From an uncultured Lachnospiraceae bacterium (lineage in GTDB: Bacteria; Bacillota; Clostridia; Christensenellales; UBA1242), in contig CAZRJB010000002.1 in NCBI GenBank assembly GCA_964600435.1, positions 36,150 to 100,149 on the forward strand: DNA of 64,000 bases, read 5' to 3'. Shown piece after piece: positions 56,818 through 64,000 of the stretch. Below the pieces are notes generated by a model that worked only from the letters and a program-made list of their open reading frames with translations, did not search any database and was not told the origin of the DNA. The position numbers and the translations under genes were made by a program. Within the stretch, counting starts at the first letter, position 1. Each line of letters starts with the position of its first letter.

Positions 56818-58020
56818 TTATGCTAGAAAACAATTTAAAACACCTGAGCATGCAAGCATGTTTATCAAATTGTCGCTTTTATATATAAATGGGGCAACAG
56901 CAAGTGCTTTAAAAACATCTGAAATTTGGCTCGTTAATTCAATACCATATTTAAATATTGAACGTACCTTTTTTGCAAATTCTTTAATAAAGAACAGTTG
57001 CTGGTTAATTAGTCTATAATTGTTTTCTCTGTTTTCTAAAAAAACTTTTTTTGCAGATGCTTTTTTTGCAAAAACATCAAAAAAGTTGTTATTTTTTAAG
57101 TTTTTGTATGATATTTTATTGTTTTTTATTAATTTTGCAACTTTTAGATAGTTGTTTTTTTCCAAACATTTTAACGTGTTCAATTCAATAAAGCCTTTTA
57201 GTGTTGACAAAATTGATTTTGCACAAACAAGCATTTTTTTGCCCGCCATTTCTGAATTATTGTTTATGCTTGAAAAAACATTATACATGTTAAACAAATA
57301 GTAGTTTTCTCTGTTTAACAAACCTATGTAAAAACCAAAATCTATAAACAAATCCATTAAAACCAAGTTGGAATCTTCCCCACAAAGCAAAATGTTTGTT
57401 TGTTCTGATTGGAGTTTGTTTAAAATTTTTTCCAATCCAATAAAAATATATCTTTCTTTTTCGTGGTCGTTTGCTACACCTTCGACATAAACTGCCCGCA
57501 AAGATTGCAAAAAGCAAAGTCCCTCGATGTTTACACTGCAACTAGAGTTTTTTATTATTTGTTCTTGAATAAAAATTTTGTTTGGAAATTCTGCGTAAAA
57601 ACTTTTGCTTGGGTCATATGGATTTATGCAGTAATTAGAAAAATATGCCAAAGTTGAAGCAACAGTTGGGCAAACAATGTATGGCAGTTTAAACATGTGA
57701 CAAAAGAATTTAACAGAATCGCAACATTTTCCCCCACCAAATGCCACAACCAAGTCAAAGTTGCCAGCAGACAATCTGTCTTTTAAAGATTCCAACTCTG
57801 CTTTAATAAAATTTTGCCTTGCAACAAAATGGCTAACATTTTCACTTCCACAAAACAACGAATTTAAAAGACATGTTACATTTTCCGCAGGAACACTCTT
57901 TGTTGAAACGAGTAAAATTTTTTTGTTGTTAAAATTTAGTTTTATGTATGTTTTTACATCTTCAAATGCATTCTTTTTGTAAATTATGTTTTTATAATAA
58001 GAATTTTCAATTTCCATCAT
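56818..58020 (-). CDS. iron-containing alcohol dehydrogenase / glycerol-phosphate dehydrogenase-like family protein
   Basis: VVAFGGGKCCDSVKF (GGGxxxD nucleotide-binding loop) followed by PYIVCPTVAST, typical of the Fe-ADH/DHQS-like superfamily. The metal-binding His motifs are not clearly recognisable. Confidence 0.45.
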   Translation of the reverse strand: MMEIENSYYKNIIYKKNAFEDVKTYIKLNFNNKKILLVSTKSVPAENVTCLLNSLFCGSENVSHFVARQNFIKAELESLKDRLSAGNFDLVVAFGGGKCCDSVKFFCHMFKLPYIVCPTVASTLAYFSNYCINPYDPSKSFYAEFPNKIFIQEQIIKNSSCSVNIEGLCFLQSLRAVYVEGVANDHEKERYIFIGLEKILNKLQSEQTNILLCGEDSNLVLMDLFIDFGFYIGLLNRENYYLFNMYNVFSSINNNSEMAGKKMLVCAKSILSTLKGFIELNTLKCLEKNNYLKVAKLIKNNKISYKNLKNNNFFDVFAKKASAKKVFLENRENNYRLINQQLFFIKEFAKKVRSIFKYGIELTSQISDVFKALAVAPFIYKSDNLINMLACSGVLNCFLA

Positions 58021-58132
58021 TCACTCCTTGAACAAATTTTAACAAAAGAAATTATTGATATTTTGATAAGTTTTGTAGAAAAATTGTTTTGTTTGTCGCA
58101 TTAAAAATTGTTTTTTTGCAAACAATAGAAAT

Positions 58133-59239
58133 ATGATTAAATATGCATTAAAATTTAAAAAAAATGTTAAAAAAATCAATTTTTTTGTATTTTTTTTGGT
58201 TTTTTTAACAATTTTGAGCGCTTTTTTCTCTTTTTTTGATTGTCATGTTTTTGCGGAAAACAGTTTTTATTACACAACCAAAGTCGAGCATTTGTTTACA
58301 CATTGTTTGATTGCTTATCCAGAAATTGCATTTAAAAAAGACAACGAAATGAAAAAATATTACTCTGCAGATTGCATAACTTCTATCGAATTTGTTGCCA
58401 TTTTAAATGAACTATATTCAAACAACTATGTTCTTGTTAAAATTAGTTCTTGTTTTAATGTTGACAAAAATGGTACTGCTGTAAAGGAAAAAATTAAAAT
58501 TCCTAAAAATAAAAAGGCACTAATTTTAAGTTTTGATGATGTTAATTACGACAAAAAGAAAAAAGGTCTTGGCATGGTGGATAAAATTATTGTTAACAAA
58601 AACGGAGAACTTGCAACCCAAACCAAAATCAACGGAAAAACAGATGTTAGGCAAGACTTAGAATTTGCGCCTATTCTTGAACAGTTTATTAAAAAACATC
58701 CAGATTTTTCCATTGATGGAGCAAAAGGGGTTTTAAATTTGACTGGCTACGATGGAATTTTGGGTTATAGAACAGGACACAGAAACAATGTTGATCGAGA
58801 TGAAGAAATTGAGCAAGCAAAAATTGTGATTAACAAACTTAAAATTTGTGGTTGGGAATTTGCCTGCCACAGCTATGGACATTATCACATGAACAAAATC
58901 AGTTTGGAAAAATTTAATGAGGAAATTTTGCTTTGGAAAAACGAAGTTGAACCATTAGTTGGAAAAACAAATGTTTATGTTTATCCTTATGGCGAATGGC
59001 AAGTTTTTGAAAACGGTGAAATTTGTGAAAAGCACAAAGCTTTGCAAAATGCAGGTTTTTCTCTTTTTTGTGGGGTCGGAATGAAAACTTTTTACTCATA
59101 TTTGCCAAACAAGAACAGTCACAAAGTTTTGTTTATGGATAGAAAATGTGTGGACGGAAACACAATTTTGTCAAACAGGTCAGAACTTTTTCCATTTTTT
59201 AACCCAGCAAAAATTGTTGACTATTCTAGATTTCTTTAA
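58133..59239 (+). CDS. polysaccharide deacetylase (NodB-like) family protein with a signal anchor
   Basis: N-terminal TM. LILSFDDVNYD (NodB motif 1-like) and ACHSYGHYH (H-S/T-x-x-H motif 2). Confidence 0.6.
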   Translation: MIKYALKFKKNVKKINFFVFFLVFLTILSAFFSFFDCHVFAENSFYYTTKVEHLFTHCLIAYPEIAFKKDNEMKKYYSADCITSIEFVAILNELYSNNYVLVKISSCFNVDKNGTAVKEKIKIPKNKKALILSFDDVNYDKKKKGLGMVDKIIVNKNGELATQTKINGKTDVRQDLEFAPILEQFIKKHPDFSIDGAKGVLNLTGYDGILGYRTGHRNNVDRDEEIEQAKIVINKLKICGWEFACHSYGHYHMNKISLEKFNEEILLWKNEVEPLVGKTNVYVYPYGEWQVFENGEICEKHKALQNAGFSLFCGVGMKTFYSYLPNKNSHKVLFMDRKCVDGNTILSNRSELFPFFNPAKIVDYSRFL

Positions 59240-59819
59240 ACTCTGTTTCTGATGCTTCAACTATAAATGTAAGAATATAGTTTATGTTTGTTTCAAGCTT
59301 GTTGTTTTCGCTTAATCTAACATATTTGCAGAGTCCAATTTTTTCGTTTGAGCCAATGGTTTGATTTAAATATAAATAGCCATCTTCACCACTCACCCAA
59401 TTTGTGTAACCATACATTAAATTGTTTTGCGTTGCTGCACCAACAAGTTCTATTTTTGCACGCAAAAAAAGTGGAACGTTTATGTTTGACGTTTTTAAAA
59501 ATATTTCCTGCTTAATATCATCGTTTAATAGTGTTGTTCCACTAAAATTGCTTGCTGTTACAAAACTCCCTTGCCCAGATATGGTTATTGTTTGCTCTTC
59601 ACCTAAAATTTTTTGATATTCAACCACCCTGCCATAATAAAAACCACCACTAAAATTGTAAATTATGCTAATTAAACAAACAATGCTTAAAATTACAATG
59701 ACCGAAATATAAATAACATTTTTTGATTTGTTTTTCATCTTTTTTTGCAATTCCTTTTTAATAAATAAATTTTTATCAAAAAAAGCAATATTTAAACCTT
59801 TTAATGCGTTTTTAACCAA
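59226..59819 (-). CDS. membrane-anchored hypothetical protein
   Basis: 197 aa. One N-terminal TM (VIYISVIVILSIVCLISIIY) followed by a beta-rich domain. Its 3' end overlaps the convergent deacetylase gene by 14 nt. Confidence 0.5.
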   Translation of the reverse strand: MVKNALKGLNIAFFDKNLFIKKELQKKMKNKSKNVIYISVIVILSIVCLISIIYNFSGGFYYGRVVEYQKILGEEQTITISGQGSFVTASNFSGTTLLNDDIKQEIFLKTSNINVPLFLRAKIELVGAATQNNLMYGYTNWVSGEDGYLYLNQTIGSNEKIGLCKYVRLSENNKLETNINYILTFIVEASETEFKEI

Positions 59820-59821
59820 CT

Positions 59822-59886
59822 CAAAAAAAAGGAAGAGTGCTCAAATGAAACAAACCCCATAAGGATTCACTCAAACACCTTCCTTT
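59822..59886 (-). terminator. long imperfect hairpin terminator after hisS
   Basis: AAGGAAG...CTTCCTT outer stem with inner GTG/CAC and TGAA/TTCA pairs, followed on the minus strand by T8. Flanked by A/T runs on both sides. Confidence 0.55.
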
Positions 59887-59910
59887 TTTATTGTGCAATT
59901 CCACACCTTT

Positions 59911-61167
59911 TTACAACTCACCATTGTTGCTGAAAATTTCTACAAAGCTTTTAAAACCAAACTCAGCAAGCCTTTCTTTTTGAAATTTGGCATTGTTGTT
60001 TCTTGGAGAAATCATCACTGTTTTGCCTTGTTTTCTCAATTCGTTTGCTCTTTTGATTGTTTGTTGAATTTTTTCTTTTTTTACATCTTTTGCAATTAAA
60101 ACCGCCAACTTGTCTTGGTTTTCGGCAGGAGCAAGATTGTTGTCTTTTATAACTGAAATGATTCTTTCAAAACCAATGGAAAATCCGCAAGCACAAACTT
60201 CTTTCAAGCAATATTTTCCTATCATTTTATCATACCTTCCACCACCAGCAACAGAAGCATGATAGTTGCTAAGTTCAATTTCAAAAATTGGCCCAGTATA
60301 ATATGACATTCCTCTAACCAAAGTTGGGTCAAAAACAACTCTGCATTGATTATTTACAAGGCTTGATGTTATTTCAATTATATCATTTAAGTTTTCAACA
60401 ACTTCGTCAGGCAAATAGCCTTGCAGTTTGTTGCCAATAAAACTTTTACAATCAACTGCATCGTTTAAGTTTTCAAACATTGAACAATATTGTTCAACAT
60501 TGTCTTTTTCAAGACCAAATTCTAACAAACAATTTTTTACTCCGTCCAAACCAATTTTGTCAATTTTGTCAAGGATTATATAAATAGACTCTAACTTCTC
60601 TTCTGAAAAATGGCAAGCAAGAGCCATTGCTTTTAAAATGTTTCTGTCATTAACTCTAACCTTTAACTCTTTAATACCCAATTCGTTTAGCATGTTTGCA
60701 GTGGCTGTAATAAGTTCAATTTCTGCCAAGTTGCTACCATCGCCAAGAATATCTATGTCGCATTGAGTAAATTGCCTAAATCTACCCTTTTGCGGTCTAT
60801 CTGCCCTAAAAGATTCTCCTATTTGCAAAGACTTAAAAGGCAACGGCAACTTTTCGCCATTGTTTGCATAAAACCTTGCAAGAGGAACAGTTAAATCGTA
60901 TCTAAGCCCACTATCGCACAAATCTTCTAAAGATTCAGATTTTGTAAGTTTTTCACCCCTTTTCATAATTTTAAAAATTAACTGTTCGTTTTCACCACCT
61001 TGTTTATTGGTTAAGTTTTCTATGTGTTCAATTAATGGGGTGTTTATTAGCATAAAACCATGTTTTTTGTATGTATCTTTTATTTTTCTTAAAGCATATT
61101 CTCTAATAACCATATCGTTTGGCATTTGTTCTGGCATGCCTTTAACGGGTGTTTTAATAAATTCCAT
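59911..61167 (-). CDS. hisS: histidine--tRNA ligase
   Basis: RYDLTVPLARF, FRADRPQKGRFRQFTQCDIDILG and GGGRYD motifs of class II HisRS. 418 aa. Confidence 0.93.
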   Translation of the reverse strand: MEFIKTPVKGMPEQMPNDMVIREYALRKIKDTYKKHGFMLINTPLIEHIENLTNKQGGENEQLIFKIMKRGEKLTKSESLEDLCDSGLRYDLTVPLARFYANNGEKLPLPFKSLQIGESFRADRPQKGRFRQFTQCDIDILGDGSNLAEIELITATANMLNELGIKELKVRVNDRNILKAMALACHFSEEKLESIYIILDKIDKIGLDGVKNCLLEFGLEKDNVEQYCSMFENLNDAVDCKSFIGNKLQGYLPDEVVENLNDIIEITSSLVNNQCRVVFDPTLVRGMSYYTGPIFEIELSNYHASVAGGGRYDKMIGKYCLKEVCACGFSIGFERIISVIKDNNLAPAENQDKLAVLIAKDVKKEKIQQTIKRANELRKQGKTVMISPRNNNAKFQKERLAEFGFKSFVEIFSNNGEL

Positions 61168-61267
61168 TTTAAATCTCCTAGTATTGTCATTTAAGTTGTG
61201 TTATTATTTTCATTAAATTACAATAAAAAATAGTCTTTATGCAACTATTTTTCACATAACTTGTTTT

Positions 61268-61951
61268 TTAAATTGAGTCAATATCATTCAAACTTGCGCT
61301 CATTTTAAGCTTTAATGCGCCATCTTTTAGTGCAAATGTTTCAGCTGCAGATTTTAAAGTTAGTGTCACAACAAAAATTCTTGTTTCACCTTCTAGAAAA
61401 TCTGAACACAAAGAGTCACCTTTTATAACATCTGTTCTTAAGAGCAATTCATTATTTTTTGTTGGCGCTTCTGGTTCTGGGGTTACATCTTTATCCTTTT
61501 TTAAACTTGTTCCAATTTTGCTGTTTACATAAGAAGAAATTTGAACAGCACCCTCACCCGCTGTTTGGTCTGAAAAGTTATATTTTGAAGAACCGGTCCA
61601 TTCAAACCCAAACCTAATTTTTATGTCACGAGAGTGCAAGTTTTTGACATATATGTGATAAGTTATTGAATTTCCATTTTCAATTTCGTCATTAAACTCA
61701 ACATCTGGAAGAGCGGTGAGTTGAGTTAAAGGAAGTTGTGAGCCAGATGGTTGAGAATAATAATATGTTGCATTTTCTGCAGGTGCATCACCCTTGCCGG
61801 CAGAAACCTCCACAAAAACATTTTGAACAGTAAATTCAACAGAGCTTGTTACAGAAAAAGTTGCACTTGAAGCAGCATACACTCCAAAAGCCATAAGCGA
61901 AATCATTAACAAAATAGATGCACAAAGCGAAACAATTCGAAATTTTCTCAT
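61268..61951 (-). CDS. secreted hypothetical protein
   Basis: 227 aa. Signal peptide MRKFRIVSLCASILLMISLMAFGVYAAS. Beta-rich mature part. Confidence 0.5.
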   Translation of the reverse strand: MRKFRIVSLCASILLMISLMAFGVYAASSATFSVTSSVEFTVQNVFVEVSAGKGDAPAENATYYYSQPSGSQLPLTQLTALPDVEFNDEIENGNSITYHIYVKNLHSRDIKIRFGFEWTGSSKYNFSDQTAGEGAVQISSYVNSKIGTSLKKDKDVTPEPEAPTKNNELLLRTDVIKGDSLCSDFLEGETRIFVVTLTLKSAAETFALKDGALKLKMSASLNDIDSI

Positions 61952-62017
61952 AACTTTTCCCCTTTTTAATAGAAATAGTTTATAACATTCTACATTTTTT
62001 AGTCAAATTATTACAAG

Positions 62018-62749
62018 TTAATAATCAACTTTTTTTAAAATTAACCCCTTTGCCGGCATTGTTTTTCCTGCAAGACTTCTAGACTTAGAATCTAAAATGT
62101 TTTTTACATCAACAGCGGACAACTTTCCACGACCAACATCAACAAGCGTTCCCACAATAATTCTAACCATATTATACAAAAATCCGTTGCCACAAATTTC
62201 AAACTCAAACAAGGCATCTGTTTGCTTAATGTTTATGCTATAAATTGTTCTAACAAAATCTGGAGTTGTTGTGTTTGCCGAACAAAATGCTTTAAAATCA
62301 TGCTCACCAGTTAATATTTTTGCTGCTTTTAACATGTTTGAAAGGTTTAAATTATATGTTAAATATGTGGTAAAAGCACTATCAAAAGGGCTTTCAATTT
62401 GCCCCACCTTAACTCTATATAAATAGGTTTTTTTATGTGCTGAAAAACGAGCATGAAAAACCGAATCAACTTCCTTTGCCCATAAAATTCTAATATCATC
62501 TGGCAACTTAACGTTTAAAGCAATTGGAAGTTTATCTACTGCAGAAAAATTTATTTTTGCACTAAAACACTGCTCAATTGCATGAACACCTGCATCGGTC
62601 CTTCCGCTTGCAAAAATTTCAGGGTTTTTTATGCCAAGTTCCTGCATTGCATTTTCAATAACTTCTTGAATTCCCAAGGCATTGTTTTGTTTTTGCCAGC
62701 CTGCATAGTTTGTCCCTAAATAACTGACTCCAAATAAAACATTAATCAT
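62018..62749 (-). CDS. truA: tRNA pseudouridine(38-40) synthase
   Basis: GWQKQ and GRTDAGVHA catalytic motif. 243 aa. Confidence 0.92.
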   Translation of the reverse strand: MINVLFGVSYLGTNYAGWQKQNNALGIQEVIENAMQELGIKNPEIFASGRTDAGVHAIEQCFSAKINFSAVDKLPIALNVKLPDDIRILWAKEVDSVFHARFSAHKKTYLYRVKVGQIESPFDSAFTTYLTYNLNLSNMLKAAKILTGEHDFKAFCSANTTTPDFVRTIYSINIKQTDALFEFEICGNGFLYNMVRIIVGTLVDVGRGKLSAVDVKNILDSKSRSLAGKTMPAKGLILKKVDY

Positions 62750-63410
62750 TTTCTTTGTTCTCTTTTAATTTATTATTTTCCAAATAATCACTCATTTTTT
62801 TAAATATGTCATCTTCTTTAAAATGCTTTTTATCTGAATAAATAAACATATCGGAAACGTTGGTTATTCCTTTTTTGTACATTTCTTGAATTTTGGGATT
62901 GTCTTTTATTGAATCGCCATTTTCATAGATTAAGCAACCTTCTTCACCATATAACTTTGCTTGAATGTCACATTCCAACTTGTCACACTTATGTGCAAAA
63001 ATTGCTTCAGGAGTTGCAAGTGTGTTAAAGTCGTGAATAAGATTGTTATAAACCTCTTTTGCAACAAGATTTTTAAATATTGCTTGCACAGCCTTTTCAC
63101 CATTTTGTTTTAACTTTTCTTTTTGGTCGCCATCAAAAGGTGTGATATCTCCAATAACAATCTCTTCTGTTTCGTGAATTGCCAACATTAAAATAACCTC
63201 GGCAAGATTAACATTTGGCAACGTTTCGGACCATATTGCAACAGCCAACATACAAGTTCCATAAATGTGTTCTGCAATTGACTCCACTCTTGCACGCTTA
63301 ACACCCCATCGTTTCCAACCTGACCTAACAACGTCTTTAAGTTTGTTTGTTAAAACATAGTAGTCCAAAATTGTTTTAATTTTTTTATCATCAGTTTTTA
63401 GTTCTATCAT
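62742..63410 (-). CDS. HD-domain phosphohydrolase (YfbR-like 5'-deoxynucleotidase family)
   Basis: ESIAEHIYGTCMLA and LAIHETEEIVIGDITP (H...HD-type metal ligands). Overlaps truA by 8 nt. Confidence 0.7.
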   Translation of the reverse strand: MIELKTDDKKIKTILDYYVLTNKLKDVVRSGWKRWGVKRARVESIAEHIYGTCMLAVAIWSETLPNVNLAEVILMLAIHETEEIVIGDITPFDGDQKEKLKQNGEKAVQAIFKNLVAKEVYNNLIHDFNTLATPEAIFAHKCDKLECDIQAKLYGEEGCLIYENGDSIKDNPKIQEMYKKGITNVSDMFIYSDKKHFKEDDIFKKMSDYLENNKLKENKEND

Positions 63411-64000
63411 CTAATTTCCCCTTTGAAATTTTGTTTGCTTTTTTGTGCTGTTGCCTTGTTTGTTTTTTGTATTCAAACACATCAATGTCTGCTCTGACAA
63501 ATCTATACATTTGAAGCCTTTTATCTTGAAGTTCTTTTCTAACCAAAAAATGATTATCAACCACTTCCCACAAAAAAACATAAGCAATTAAGTCAAAAAC
63601 ATAGGTTATTGCAAAATGAACATTTAAGTAGCATAACAAAAGATAAATTCCAAAAGAAATCAACCCAAAAGTAAGCAAATATATTGAAAATTTTGCATTT
63701 TTTTGAAGTTTTCTGTTGATTGCCCTAACCTCTCTTTTATAGTTGTTTTTTATTGCATGTTCAATTTCTTCTTTTTTTTCGTCTGTTGGATTTTTAACGT
63801 GAAAATGAAGTGCCAGCTCTACTTTTTGAGGGATTGCTTTTGATTTTTTATCTAAAAATTCTGCAAATTCGTCATCTAAAACATTTTCTCCATTTAAGTC
63901 ATAATATGAAAAAATATCATCGTAGTTTTCGGCGCCAACATCAATAACTCCACGATTGTTGGCATCTGTTTCATAAAACTCATCATCTCCGAGTTTTGAT
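63391..64000 (-). CDS. hypothetical membrane protein, N-terminus beyond the window
   Basis: The track ORF (63391-63678, TTG start) stays open in frame upstream to the window end (...DEFYETDANNRGVIDVGAENYDD...HFHVKNPTDEKKEEIEHAIKNNYKREVRAINRKLQ...), followed by two TM helices. Confidence 0.55.
   Translation of the reverse strand, partial: SKLGDDEFYETDANNRGVIDVGAENYDDIFSYYDLNGENVLDDEFAEFLDKKSKAIPQKVELALHFHVKNPTDEKKEEIEHAIKNNYKREVRAINRKLQKNAKFSIYLLTFGLISFGIYLLLCYLNVHFAITYVFDLIAYVFLWEVVDNHFLVRKELQDKRLQMYRFVRADIDVFEYKKQTRQQHKKANKISKGKLDDRTKN

Overview
AT-rich, tightly packed chromosomal segment from a low-GC endospore-forming Firmicute (Clostridia-like), judged from spoIIGA-sigE, sigG and spoVG. 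It holds about 50 genes, and all but five are on the minus strand. Most are housekeeping genes: mnmA (partial), tpiA, pgk, murI, uvrB, rplS, valS, an RluA-family synthase, rplI, rpmE, murC, acpP, hisS and truA. I saw no rRNA or tRNA genes, CRISPR arrays, transposases, integrases or phage genes. Two things stand out. (1) Two tandem, co-oriented giant genes (24606-34262, about 3218 aa; 34403-54994, 6863 aa) fill about 47% of the window. Both begin with a lipoprotein signal peptide. Both are built from Ig-like stretches alternating with long arrays of a GLUG-like motif (GG-hydrophobic-x-G-x-N-x-G-x-I-x-N). I saw no catalytic, sortase or C-terminal anchor motif. The larger gene also carries near-identical 126-nt tandem repeats and a dense Cys cluster. 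(2) valS has no recognisable T-box. Instead it is preceded by a consensus-like promoter, a 12-codon ORF (MKKNLVVVVKTI) with four consecutive Val codons, and mutually exclusive hairpins that end in an intrinsic terminator. This looks like leader-peptide attenuation. Smaller observations: sigG is inverted relative to spoIIGA-sigE; three unknown genes (one with a transglutaminase-like Cys-His-Asp pattern) are translationally coupled to RNA-modification genes; there is a tandem pair of membrane-anchored small paralogs; and the htrA-like gene has its SD inside the upstream terminator hairpin. All functional calls come from reading motifs by eye, with no database search.
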